Source: Candidatus Saccharimonadota bacterium
GTDB taxonomy: Bacteria > Patescibacteriota > Saccharimonadia > Saccharimonadales > Saccharimonadaceae
DNA: 32,000 nt
Direction: 5' to 3'
NCBI GenBank assembly: GCA_000503915.1
Contig: CP006915.1
Span: 120,001-152,000, forward strand
Part shown: positions 1 to 8,493 of the stretch, in pieces
Numbering within the stretch: position 1 is the first letter of the stretch
Layout of the letters: each line of letters opens with the position of its first letter
Program-made: the position numbers and the translations under genes
The notes under the pieces: generated by a model
Seen by the model: the letters and a program-made list of their open reading frames with translations, nothing else
Told to the model about the DNA's origin: nothing
Databases searched by the model: none

Positions 1-157
1 CATGAATACCTCCCAGTTTAGATAAAGCAAGTAACCCTAGCCAAGTGAGTGCAATGCCTGCACAGATCGCGCAGACTAGCCTAGGTAATCTCCCACGTGC
101 TGCCAGTACAGCAATAAAGATTAGGCTGATCGTTACAAAGCTATAAAAGAGAATCAT
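1..157 (-). CDS. partial small hydrophobic membrane protein (C-terminus beyond window edge), function unknown
   Basis: Minus-strand ATG at 157-155 reads MILFYSFVTISLIFIAVLAARGRLPRLVCAICAGIALTWLGLLALSKLGGIH and stays open to position 1. It is absent from the ORF track because it runs off the window. Divergent from the ArsR-type regulator. Confidence 0.4.
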   Translation of the reverse strand, partial: MILFYSFVTISLIFIAVLAARGRLPRLVCAICAGIALTWLGLLALSKLGGIH

Positions 158-269
158 GACTAGTCGCTTCCTTGCCTCATGGGCGATTTGGTTACTATAT
201 CTAGATTACACGGTGAGAATAATATATGCAAGTATTCTAATATAGTAATACATGTGATATTATAAAGAT

Positions 270-794
270 ATGTATGGCAGACTATTTCAGCTCCAAGAGG
301 AAACACTCAAGACGCTCGCCAACCAGAAGCGTCTAGAGATCGTCCAGCTTCTCGGTCAAGGGGAGCTGACAGTGAGTGAAATGATAGAAATGCTCGGTAT
401 TAGTCAGTCAAACCTATCCCAGCACTTAGCTGTCCTGAGGCGTTACCAGATCGTCGCTACCCGCAAGGAAGGCCTCTACGTCTACTACCGGCTGACTGAC
501 GGGCATATTGCCGAAGCTATTAAACAATTGCGTGAGTTTCTAAAAATTCGCTATGCATACGAACCCGAAATCACTAAGCTTAACCGCTTGAACGACCCTG
601 CTCTTTATCCGATCGTCAAGGATCCAGTCTGCGGTATGCGCCTCAGCGAGTCAGAGGCATATGCCTCAGTCATGCACAATAACAAGTCCTATCACTTCTG
701 TGCCAGCGGGTGCTACGATAAATTCACAGCACATACGGCACGATACATTAATGTAAAGAATGTCAATCAAGGAGGTATACCCTATGCTCTATAA
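270..794 (+). CDS. ArsR/SmtB-family transcriptional regulator fused to a C-terminal YHS/TRASH-type metal-binding domain
   Basis: N-terminal winged HTH (LKTLANQKRLEIVQLLGQGELTVSEMIEMLGISQSNLSQHLAVLRRYQIVATRKEGLYVYYRL). C-terminal DPVCGMRL...YHFCASGCYDKF matches the YHS/TRASH cysteine pattern. Confidence 0.85.
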   Translation: MYGRLFQLQEETLKTLANQKRLEIVQLLGQGELTVSEMIEMLGISQSNLSQHLAVLRRYQIVATRKEGLYVYYRLTDGHIAEAIKQLREFLKIRYAYEPEITKLNRLNDPALYPIVKDPVCGMRLSESEAYASVMHNNKSYHFCASGCYDKFTAHTARYINVKNVNQGGIPYAL

Positions 795-1002
795 CTATGA
801 CATGCTAGGCAGTTACAGTGTCTGGGATGGTATTCTCATGTTCCTAATGATGGTGCTGATAGTTTTTGCCATCATCTGGGCTGTCCACTATGTGAGCCGA
901 AGTGGCAGCGATGATAATGCTCTTACTATTCTCAAGAAGCGTTATGCCCGCGGCGAAATTGACAAGAAAGAATACGAGGAAAAGAAAGCGGAGCTGCAAT
1001 AG
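784..1002 (+). CDS. small membrane protein with C-terminal SHOCT domain
   Basis: AGGAGG at 772-777 precedes the ATG at 784, in frame with track ORF 760. One TM helix, then ILKKRYARGEIDKKEYEEKKAELQ (SHOCT-like). Overlaps the ArsR stop, which suggests co-translation. Confidence 0.7.
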   Translation: MLYNYDMLGSYSVWDGILMFLMMVLIVFAIIWAVHYVSRSGSDDNALTILKKRYARGEIDKKEYEEKKAELQ

Positions 1003-1043
1003 AGCTTATGGCTTTCCTGTTATAGCGATGCTACACTAGGGGC

Positions 1044-1328
1044 ATGCAGTTAATTCTACTCACCCACATCATACTCCTCACCCTCTCGCTCGTAGCAACG
1101 GCCGGTATGATCGGCGCCCACTTACTTTCACATGCTATTCCCACAAAACTTATAGCACTTAATGCTGGCGGAACGCTGGTCGGACTGGGAGCCGGCGGCA
1201 TCTTGCTGCTTTTCAAGCCGCTCGGGCTCGACTGCCTGCTGCTCCTTGGCTATCTGCTTGTCTTCAGTGCAGTCCAAGCGTTTCTCTACAAAAAGAATTT
1301 ACCCCGCAATCTTGGGCTGGAAGTCTAA
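1044..1328 (+). CDS. small hydrophobic membrane protein, unknown function
   Basis: 94-aa ORF with about 3 predicted TM segments. No recognisable motif. Its 3' end overlaps the convergent Crp-family gene. Confidence 0.45.
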   Translation: MQLILLTHIILLTLSLVATAGMIGAHLLSHAIPTKLIALNAGGTLVGLGAGGILLLFKPLGLDCLLLLGYLLVFSAVQAFLYKKNLPRNLGLEV

Positions 1329-1967
1329 GTCGTCTTCTTTGATCGCTGTCACCAATTTTGTCAGGTTAACTATATAGTATTTACGACGGGTCGAGATGAT
1401 TCCGTCTTTTTTGATGTCCAGCGTCTCGAGCGCCACCGTTTCACGGGTCAGGCCAGCAAAACTCGCTAAGTCTTTCTGCGTCAGCGGAATATTGATCCGA
1501 ATGACATCTTTCATAACCGAGGTACCGTAACGGAGCGAAAAATTATACAAAGTATAGAGGAGTTTTAGGCGTGCACGTGACTGCTCCAACGCGGTAATGT
1601 GGAGCGACTTCGTCACATAGTCATTCACCATATGACCAAGCATTTCATGTGCCAGTAGCGAATCGGCAGCTAACGCCTGGTGGAAGGTATTTTTGTCGAC
1701 AACATAGAGCTCACAGTCGGTATGGGCGACGTAGTAAAAGAGCGCGATGGTCGTTTTTGAGAATAGCCAGCCGACTGGAAATAGCTCGTTCTTCACAATG
1801 AAAGCGACGGATTTTTCCTCCAGCTCAGGCGTATAGGCAAATGCGCGTATGACGCCGGATTTAATGGCATAGGCGTGAGTTGGTTCATAGTCGCGGACAA
1901 ATATCGTCTCGCCTTTTTTGAACTTTTGGGTGTGATAGCCTTCGTACAGTTGCTTCACTCTATCCAC
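1299..1967 (-). CDS. Crp/Fnr-family transcriptional regulator (cNMP-binding domain plus C-terminal HTH)
   Basis: N-terminal beta-roll-like region (GETIFVRDYEPTHAYAIKSGVIRAF). C-terminal HTH (LTQKDLASFAGLTRETVALETLDIKKDGII). Confidence 0.85.
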   Translation of the reverse strand: MDRVKQLYEGYHTQKFKKGETIFVRDYEPTHAYAIKSGVIRAFAYTPELEEKSVAFIVKNELFPVGWLFSKTTIALFYYVAHTDCELYVVDKNTFHQALAADSLLAHEMLGHMVNDYVTKSLHITALEQSRARLKLLYTLYNFSLRYGTSVMKDVIRINIPLTQKDLASFAGLTRETVALETLDIKKDGIISTRRKYYIVNLTKLVTAIKEDDLDFQPKIAG

Positions 1968-1996
1968 GATATGCTTACCTTCCTAAATCACTACAG

Positions 1997-2089
1997 TTGT
2001 ATTATGACAGGTGTTAGCTGTATTTTATACAGCGAATTGTAATATTGCTCACATTATTGCTCGATGAATGATTGTATTATGAAAGGTGT
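1997..2089. promoter_or_regulatory. divergent control region with two direct repeats and a 17-nt palindrome (candidate operator)
   Basis: TTGTATTATGACAGGTGT (1997-2014) and TTGTATTATGAAAGGTGT (2072-2089) match at 17 of 18 positions. Palindrome GCTGTATTTTATACAGC lies at 2017-2033 between them. Confidence 0.3.
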
Positions 2090-2095
2090 ACCGTT

Positions 2096-2365
2096 ATGAA
2101 CAACATCAACGCTAAGTGGAGGGTGAAGATGCAAGACTATAACGAAAGAGAACTTAAAAATAAGATCGATGCCTTTTTAACGCGTAAATTATCCGAGCGA
2201 CTCGGTTCGCCGCTCGGGTTTAAGGCCGACTACCTCGACCGCACGAAGGCAGTAGCTGCGCTACTGCTAACTCATAGTCGTACCTCCGCTAGAATACGCG
2301 GGCTCTCCCCGTTTAGAAAAGAGCATCCCGTCTCTGGCTCTGCTTCGCGCTACCTCGCTACTTAG
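2096..2365 (+). CDS. hypothetical small protein (89 aa); coding status uncertain
   Basis: ATG at 2096 preceded by GAAAGGTG. Followed by a strong intrinsic terminator. No recognisable domain, and the region is hairpin-rich. Confidence 0.35.
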   Translation: MNNINAKWRVKMQDYNERELKNKIDAFLTRKLSERLGSPLGFKADYLDRTKAVAALLLTHSRTSARIRGLSPFRKEHPVSGSASRYLAT

Positions 2366-2382
2366 CGAAGGCTATACTCCCT

Positions 2383-2420
2383 AAGACTGATCTTGTTGTT
2401 ACAAGATCAGTCTTTTCGTT
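2383..2420 (+). terminator. rho-independent terminator
   Basis: Perfect 14-bp stem AAGACTGATCTTGT (2383-2396) / ACAAGATCAGTCTT (2401-2414), 4-nt loop, then a T-rich tail. Confidence 0.8.
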
Positions 2421-2469
2421 ACGGCTCCTCTGCTTGCAGCCAGAAGTTCTGTACAGTAAGATTAGAGAC

Positions 2470-3024
2470 ATGAGAAAAACCATAAGCATGTCCGGCAATG
2501 AGCTTCTGCCTGCAAGGAACCGGCGACCGGGCGGCTTTACGATTGTTGAGCTCTTGATCGTTATTGTGGTGATCGCGATTTTAGCGGCAATTACGATCGT
2601 GGCATATAACGGTATCCAGACACGAGCAAAAAATACTAAAACAATTAATGCAACCGCGGCCTGGATTAAAGCCCTTAGGCTGTACGAGGCAGATAACGGC
2701 GACTACCCGACGGTGACTTCTTGCCTTGGTACGACCACTACTTATCCCGACAATACCCAATGCTGGAACAACGCGAGCTGGACCGTTAAGTCAAGTTTCT
2801 TAACCTTGATGCAGCCATATCTTTCTTCCTTCCCCGAACCAGATACAACCAATATCGACACCGTTAATACTCCACGGCGAGGAGCACTCTACACCATCAG
2901 CGGCGCCGTTAAATATGTATACATGAGCTTAATCGGTGTCACAAGCTGCCCTACCATGAGTATTCCTACCTATAGTGGCGGCAACACCGATCAAGGACGA
3001 TATTGCATTTACCAGCTCAATTGA
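2470..3024 (+). CDS. type IV pilin-like protein (prepilin-type N-terminal cleavage/methylation domain)
   Basis: Leader ends ...RRPGG then FTIVELLIVIVVIAILAAITIVAYNGIQTRA (class III signal plus alpha-1 helix). Start chosen at ATG 2470; ATG 2488 is also possible. Confidence 0.85.
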   Translation: MRKTISMSGNELLPARNRRPGGFTIVELLIVIVVIAILAAITIVAYNGIQTRAKNTKTINATAAWIKALRLYEADNGDYPTVTSCLGTTTTYPDNTQCWNNASWTVKSSFLTLMQPYLSSFPEPDTTNIDTVNTPRRGALYTISGAVKYVYMSLIGVTSCPTMSIPTYSGGNTDQGRYCIYQLN

Positions 3025-3053
3025 TACTTTCAGACTTTATAACCGGTAAACAG

Positions 3054-5456
3054 TTATACTTGTCGTTCAAGCGTATCTCTGACTTGATCAACCGTTATCG
3101 TAATGGCTGAACCAGGACTAACCGTGCTCGCAAGTACAGCTTTGGCTACGTTATTTTCGACAACCCGCTGCACCACGCGGCGCATCGGACGGGCGCCGAG
3201 GCGTGGGTCGTAACCCTCTTCAACCAGCAACTGCTTCGCGTCATCGGCCACTACTACCTTTAGCTTTTGGAGAGCCAACGTCTTGTTGACACCGGCAATC
3301 ATCAGATCGGCAACTTTCAGTAGCTCTGCTTTACCGAGCGGTGTAAAGGTAACAATCTCGTCGAAACGGTTGATAAACTCCGGCTTGAACTGACCGGAGC
3401 TTATCAACTCGTCAATAAATTGTGCTTCGTAATGTTCCATGCTGTGGCCACGCTCGATGTATTCACGGATACGGTCGGCGCCAGCGTTGCTGGTTGCGAT
3501 CACGATGGCATCTCGAAAACTAACTTCTCGGTTCTTGATATCACGCAAAATACCTTCATCGAGCATCTGTAGCAATGTCGTTAGTACGTTCGGATGCGCT
3601 TTTTCAATCTCGTCGAGTAGTACAACGCTAAATGGTTGTTTCATAACTTGTGCGGTCAGACTGCTTGAGTCACTGGCACCATCAGCGATCAGCCGGGCGA
3701 CATCTTCATTTTGCACATATTCGTTCATGTCGAGCCGAACCATTCGCTCCTCTCCGCCAAAATAGACATCAGCGAGCGCTTTGGCCAACTCAGTTTTTCC
3801 GACGCCAGTGGGACCTAAAAAGAGGAAAGTGCCAATTGGTCGGTTTTCATTGCGTACTCCGGCGCGAGCACGACGGAGCGCATCGCTTACCACACCGACG
3901 GCACGAGTCTGGTTGATCATCCGCTCATGAATGTGCGCTTCAAGGTTGAGTAGCTTCTCGCGCTCGTCTTCACCCGACGCTACGCCAACTTTCACATCCA
4001 TCGTCTGTTCGATGGCTTTTTGAACTGAGTTCATAGTGACGAGGCCATTTTCACTGAAGCTAGCGGCTGATTCAAGTAATTTCAGTGCACGACCCGGCAT
4101 GGCGAGATCGTGTACATACCGCTCACTAAGGCGGTAGGCTTCATGTAGCGACTGGTAGGTAAAGGTTACGTTGCGTTGAAATTCGGTAACAATCAGCTGG
4201 TCTTGCATGACAGCAATCGTTTCATGTTTGCTAGCTGGAGCGACACTGATACGGTTAAGTGCGTTGACCAGACTGGCGTTGCGCTGGCCGATTTTTAAGA
4301 ATCGTTGCTCGTCCATCGTCAGGATAATACGCAGACGACCGGCGTCTAAGATCGGTTGCAAGACATTTGAAAGATCGACCGAGCCAATACCTTCCTCAAA
4401 GAAGAGCTGCGCATCATCAAGACAGATGATGACATTTTTAGCCGCATAGGCTTCGCCAAAGATATTCATGATTAGATGCTCCAACTCTCCACGACCAGGC
4501 GCAGCCGACAGGAGCGATGATGAGTCAAGCATAACCACCTGACGGAACTTCAACGTACCGGGCAGATCTGACGAGGCGTCCAGCAGCCGCTCGGCAAACG
4601 CATGGACAATCGTTGACTTACCAGCACCGGTCGGACCCACCAGTACCGCATTTTGACGTCCCTTGTGTGAGAAGGTACTGACTAGCTGTTCGACCGCATC
4701 TTGGTGGCTTTCCAGATCAACCGTCAGTAGACCGCCGCGAGAGATTTGTTGACTAATGTTCTGGCCAAAGCGTCCGAGTAGCGGCGTATAGCCAAACGAC
4801 CAGTCGCGGGCGATACCACCAGTACGACGTGGTTTTGTATGCCCCCGGATGAGCTGCTCCAGATGCTGTTGCCACATAATCCCGTCTCGTACATCGGTAA
4901 GGCTAAGATGGTTGTGCGCCAACAACGCCTCATGTTCGGAGAATTGCTTGATGAGTGCATAGACGAGCATGCCAGCGGTCAGTTCTGCCTGGCCCATCCG
5001 TTCGCGTAGTGCAAGCGCATCTCGCCAGACGGCAGCGGCCGCACCTTGGTCATCACTGGAAATCTGCTGCAAGAAATTTGGCGTCAGGCCAAAACGAACA
5101 CCAAAGAACAATCCGCCGCGCACGCTCGAGACCGCCGCCGCAATCATCTGAGGCGAGGGATTTTTCGGCACATAGCCAAGTACGTCACCGCTTAGCAGCT
5201 CATCGATCGAACGAGGGCGCTTCGCTATAGGAAGTTTCGTGAGCTCCTGCTGCTGCCACTCGACGATCATCGCTGGCAACGCTGCCACACCGACCAGCAA
5301 CCAGCCTAGTGAGACACCGACGCCGACCAGCAGTAGCCCGCCAACGATCAATACGATCGTTAGAATTAAGATTAGACGGCCACTAGCTCCACCAAGATGA
5401 CGCGCCAGTCGCGCCTTGACTGCTCGCTGGCTACTATAATTAAACACTACGTCCAT
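3054..5456 (-). CDS. membrane-anchored two-domain Clp/Hsp100-family AAA+ ATPase (ClpA/ClpB-like)
   Basis: N-terminal TM segments (LILILTIVLIVGGLLLVGVGVSLGWLLVGVAALPAMIV). NBD1 has VLVGPTGAGKST. NBD2 has FLFLGPTGVGKTELAKALA, VVLLDEIEKAHP, ATSNAG and GARPMRRVVQ. Start set at MDVVF (5456), because the upstream part of track ORF 3054..5567 overlaps the preceding gene. Confidence 0.85.
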   Translation of the reverse strand: MDVVFNYSSQRAVKARLARHLGGASGRLILILTIVLIVGGLLLVGVGVSLGWLLVGVAALPAMIVEWQQQELTKLPIAKRPRSIDELLSGDVLGYVPKNPSPQMIAAAVSSVRGGLFFGVRFGLTPNFLQQISSDDQGAAAAVWRDALALRERMGQAELTAGMLVYALIKQFSEHEALLAHNHLSLTDVRDGIMWQQHLEQLIRGHTKPRRTGGIARDWSFGYTPLLGRFGQNISQQISRGGLLTVDLESHQDAVEQLVSTFSHKGRQNAVLVGPTGAGKSTIVHAFAERLLDASSDLPGTLKFRQVVMLDSSSLLSAAPGRGELEHLIMNIFGEAYAAKNVIICLDDAQLFFEEGIGSVDLSNVLQPILDAGRLRIILTMDEQRFLKIGQRNASLVNALNRISVAPASKHETIAVMQDQLIVTEFQRNVTFTYQSLHEAYRLSERYVHDLAMPGRALKLLESAASFSENGLVTMNSVQKAIEQTMDVKVGVASGEDEREKLLNLEAHIHERMINQTRAVGVVSDALRRARAGVRNENRPIGTFLFLGPTGVGKTELAKALADVYFGGEERMVRLDMNEYVQNEDVARLIADGASDSSSLTAQVMKQPFSVVLLDEIEKAHPNVLTTLLQMLDEGILRDIKNREVSFRDAIVIATSNAGADRIREYIERGHSMEHYEAQFIDELISSGQFKPEFINRFDEIVTFTPLGKAELLKVADLMIAGVNKTLALQKLKVVVADDAKQLLVEEGYDPRLGARPMRRVVQRVVENNVAKAVLASTVSPGSAITITVDQVRDTLERQV

Positions 5457-5830
5457 CGTGGTGCCCATCCGGCGATTGCCGCAATAAATCCGACAATTGG
5501 CAGCAGTGGTACAACGGCCCAAATAGCAATTGACACTATGCCAAACAGTGCCTGCACACCGAGCCAAACACTACCAACTAGTATGATGAAGCCGCGTACG
5601 AAAGCGCCGATAAAACGTGAGATGAGACGATCAACGAAGGCTCGCAATTTCAAACCGATCGGGCCATCAACTTTCCCGGCCGCTATCTGGCGGTAAGGAG
5701 CAAAGAGCGTCCGGACAAGCAAATTGATCGAAAAGTAATCCATTGTCCGCGCCAAACGTTCACGCACCCTCACGATATGTGCCTTCCAGCCAGCGCCATA
5801 CCACCACGAGAGAACCCACACAATTATCAT
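5447..5830 (-). CDS. small integral membrane protein, unknown function
   Basis: 127-aa ORF with TM segments at both ends. Its stop overlaps the start of the Clp-like gene by 10 nt, suggesting an operon. Confidence 0.6.
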   Translation of the reverse strand: MIIVWVLSWWYGAGWKAHIVRVRERLARTMDYFSINLLVRTLFAPYRQIAAGKVDGPIGLKLRAFVDRLISRFIGAFVRGFIILVGSVWLGVQALFGIVSIAIWAVVPLLPIVGFIAAIAGWAPRWT

Positions 5831-5864
5831 AACCCTTATTGTACCCTACTCGCCTAGCTTAGGC

Positions 5865-5870
5865 TATAAT
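5865..5870 (+). promoter_or_regulatory. candidate -10 box (TATAAT) giving a leaderless or near-leaderless murT mRNA
   Basis: TATAAT at 5865-5870 lies 7 nt upstream of ATG 5878. No Shine-Dalgarno sequence in between. Confidence 0.35.
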
Positions 5871-5877
5871 GGTACAT

Positions 5878-7152
5878 ATGTCCAAACCTCTTGTCACCGT
5901 GCTCGGTAAAGCCGTCCGCCATGCGGCCAGACTGCGTGGCGGCGGTTCAGCCCTACCCGGACTGGTCGTCGAACGGATTGACCCGCACTTTATCGAGCGG
6001 GCTCTCGCCCAGCTACCTCGTGGCGTCGTAGTCATTAGTGGCACCAACGGCAAGACAACCACCACGAAGATGGTCGTCGAGCTGCTCGAAAGCCAAGGGC
6101 TCAAAGTGTTTACCAATCGCACCGGCAGCAACTTTACGCGCGGCGTTGCCGCCGCCCTGCTGGCAGATATTGACCTCAATGGTAATCTCCATGCCGATAT
6201 TGCCGTGCTCGAGCTCGATGAAGCGCACGCCGTCCATTTCGTCCGTACTGTCAAACCACGCTTTGTACTACTGCTCAACGTCATGCGCGACCAGCTTGAT
6301 CGCTTCGGCGAAATCGATAAAACCGCCCAGCTACTGCAAAAGGTCGCCGAGACAGCATCGGATTCTATTGTTATAAACCGAGAAGATCCGCGGCTGCTAA
6401 AAATAGCAGCTAATTTACCAAAAGAAAAAGTGAAGTTCTTTGGACTCGATCCATCATTGACTCATCTCTTTCCAAGTGATGACGAACTTCGCAGTCACAA
6501 AACACCTGAACTAACCCGAAAACCAGCGGCTCGTGCTGTACTAGAAGAAGTAAACGATTCTAGCGCCGTATTCTCTCTCGGCACGAAAAAGATCACGGCC
6601 ACACTAAAGCTTGAAGGGATCTACAATATTTTCAATGCCGTTGCTGCTGTCGCCTTAGTTGAGGCAGTCGTCGGTTCCACACTCGACCAACCAAAATTGC
6701 TTCGCCGTCTGGAAGTGATTACCCCAGCATTTGGCCGCGGTGAAAAATTGATCGTCGGTGACCTGCCGCTCGAGCTGGTACTTGTCAAAAACCCCGGCGG
6801 TTTCCGACTCGGATTAAAGTCATTTCCAGCTCATGGCTACGCCACCATGATCGCCATCAACGACAATTATGCTGACGGCCGTGACATGAGCTGGCTGTGG
6901 GACGTGGAGTTTGATAGCTTGAAAGAAACTGGTGTTGCCTACGTGTCGGGCGTCCGCGCTTACGACATGGCCTTGCGCCTTCAGTACGATGAAGTTGAGA
7001 TTGGTTTCGTCGAACCGCAGCTTGTAAAAGCCCTCCAAGATTTTATTGCTAAACATCCCGACACGCCAAAACGGATCTACTGTACCTACACGGCAATGCT
7101 GGCACTGAGGCGGCGCCTCAGTAAAATGACGGAGGTCGAGGTCATCTCATGA
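5878..7152 (+). CDS. murT: Mur ligase-family lipid II isoglutaminyl synthase subunit MurT
   Basis: ATP-binding loop VVVISGTNGKTTTTKMV. Mur-ligase central domain plus a C-terminal DUF1727-like region. Translationally coupled (ATGA overlap) to a GatD-type amidotransferase. Confidence 0.85.
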   Translation: MSKPLVTVLGKAVRHAARLRGGGSALPGLVVERIDPHFIERALAQLPRGVVVISGTNGKTTTTKMVVELLESQGLKVFTNRTGSNFTRGVAAALLADIDLNGNLHADIAVLELDEAHAVHFVRTVKPRFVLLLNVMRDQLDRFGEIDKTAQLLQKVAETASDSIVINREDPRLLKIAANLPKEKVKFFGLDPSLTHLFPSDDELRSHKTPELTRKPAARAVLEEVNDSSAVFSLGTKKITATLKLEGIYNIFNAVAAVALVEAVVGSTLDQPKLLRRLEVITPAFGRGEKLIVGDLPLELVLVKNPGGFRLGLKSFPAHGYATMIAINDNYADGRDMSWLWDVEFDSLKETGVAYVSGVRAYDMALRLQYDEVEIGFVEPQLVKALQDFIAKHPDTPKRIYCTYTAMLALRRRLSKMTEVEVIS

Positions 7153-7868
7153 ACAAAGAGCTCGCCATCCTACAACTCTACCCGCGTGATATGAATATTT
7201 ATGGCGACTGGGGGAATGTCCTGACCATCATGCGCCGCGCCCAGTGGCACGGCTATGAACCGAAGCTATACGAATACAATCCAGGCGACGTCTTCCCCGA
7301 GCACGTCGATATTTTGATCGGTGGCGGTGGTCAAGATGCCGGCCAAGATATAATCCAAGACGACTTGTTAAAAATTAGCTCAAAACTTCATGAACTGACC
7401 GATGCAGACACGCCGATGCTGCTCATTTGTGGTCTTTACCAACTGTTCGGCAATTTCTTTAAGACGAAGGACGGCCATGTTATCAAAGGCACCGGCTTGC
7501 TCGACATCGAGACATACGGTGGACCCGAGCGGATGATCGGCAATATCGTCATCAAAAGTGATGAGTTCGGTGAGATCGTCGGCTACGAAAATCACAGTGG
7601 CCAAACATTCCTCAGCGCTGGCATGAAGCCATTTGGCAAAGTCATCCGCGGCGCTGGCAACAACGGCCAAGATGATTACGAAGGCGCCCGTTATAAAAAT
7701 GTTATCGGTAGCTACCTGCACGGTTCACTCTTGCCAAAAAATCCTGCCATCGCCGACTGGCTGATTGAAAAAGCCACTACTAAAAAGTTCGGCGACTTTA
7801 CGCCCAGCGTTATCGATGACCGCTTTGCCCAAAAAGCCCGTGAAGTTGCCGTTCGACGCCCGCGTTAA
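7149..7868 (+). CDS. gatD: glutamine amidotransferase subunit GatD (CobQ-type GATase) of lipid II isoglutaminyl synthase
   Basis: Nucleophile context LLICGLYQLFG and His context GSYLHGSLLPKNP. Position immediately after murT. Confidence 0.85.
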   Translation: MNKELAILQLYPRDMNIYGDWGNVLTIMRRAQWHGYEPKLYEYNPGDVFPEHVDILIGGGGQDAGQDIIQDDLLKISSKLHELTDADTPMLLICGLYQLFGNFFKTKDGHVIKGTGLLDIETYGGPERMIGNIVIKSDEFGEIVGYENHSGQTFLSAGMKPFGKVIRGAGNNGQDDYEGARYKNVIGSYLHGSLLPKNPAIADWLIEKATTKKFGDFTPSVIDDRFAQKAREVAVRRPR

Positions 7869-8322
7869 GCGAGTTGACGCTTTAGTGCTTCCGTGACCTG
7901 CTGGCCGTGACCGAGTGGCGTCACGCGACCCCAGACTTTGACGACTTGACCCTGAGGATTAATGAGGAAGGTCTTACGTAAAATTCCCTCTTTGCCAAAC
8001 ATCTTCTTACCCCAAGCACCATATGCTTCGATGACCCTACTTCCGAGTCAGACAAAAGCGTAAAATTCAGTTTATACTTTGCCTTGAACTTTTCATGATC
8101 GGACGCCTGATCCTTGCTGATACCGACGACTTCCGCTCCCGCTTCCATCAGTCCATCACGCGCATCGCGTAGGCTACAAGCTTCAGTCGTACAACCGGGC
8201 GTATCATCTTTGGGATAAAAATAGAGTACTAGCCATTTACCCTTAAAGTCGGCTAGTGTTTTTACTTCGCCATTTTCATCTGGCAGTGAAAAATCTGGTG
8301 CCTGGTATGGTACTTGCTTCAT
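7865..8322 (-). pseudogene. bcp: thioredoxin-dependent peroxiredoxin Bcp, interrupted by a 1-nt frameshift near 8038-8046
   Basis: The N-terminal frame has FYPKDDTPGCTTEAC and reads to ...FTLLSDSE. The conserved C-terminus VIEAYGAWGKKMFGKEGILRKTFLINPQGQVVKVWGRVTPLGHGQQVTEALKRQLA* continues in another frame down to a stop at 7865-7867. Total length is 458 nt, one short of a multiple of 3. Confidence 0.75.
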
Positions 8323-8361
8323 ATATCTATTGTACCACTGGAAAAATCCTCGTGCATCCGC

Positions 8362-8367
8362 TATAAT
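8362..8367 (+). promoter_or_regulatory. candidate -10 box (TATAAT) for the tRNA-Pro transcript
   Basis: CGCTATAATCAGG lies about 15 nt upstream of the first (partial) copy of the tRNA 5' end. Confidence 0.35.
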
Positions 8368-8380
8368 CAGGCAAGCACAC

Positions 8381-8397
8381 GACGGGGTGTGGCGCAG
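8381..8397 (+). repeat. 17-nt duplicate of the tRNA-Pro 5' end plus 2 leader nt (GACGGGGTGTGGCGCAG)
   Basis: Identical to 8492-8508. The sequence after it does not continue as a tRNA. Confidence 0.8.
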
Positions 8398-8493
8398 CTA
8401 CAGTGAGACAAACCTACGGTTTTTCTCACCGCGCCGAGAACGAAGTAAATTCGTTCATCGGGCTGCTCTTTTCCCTAAGTAGTGCAAAAATGA

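Noticed and set aside
2100-2365. tmRNA, SRP RNA or RNase P RNA hidden in the hairpin-rich small-ORF region
   Set aside because: There is no tRNA-like 3' end (GGTTCGA..CCA), no tag-peptide reading frame ending in a stop, no SRP AGGUCAGGUCCGGAAGGAAGCAGCC-type motif, and the region is too short for RNase P RNA.
5457-5567. N-terminal 37-aa extension of track ORF 3054..5567 (MARCAGTVWH...)
   Set aside because: It overlaps the upstream membrane-protein gene in another frame and is Cys/Arg-rich nonsense. MDVVF at 5456 gives a sensible TM-anchored start.
5859-6284. 141-aa minus-strand ORF and other ORFs overlapping murT (6013-6237 -, 6038-6376 +)
   Set aside because: They are antisense or out of frame relative to a well-supported Mur-ligase gene. 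They have no motifs.
8381-8491. Possible second tRNA, or a tRNA with an intron, upstream of tRNA-Pro
   Set aside because: Only the first 15 tRNA nucleotides are present. I could not fold an anticodon arm, a T arm or a matching 3' acceptor strand, so it is treated as a duplicated fragment.
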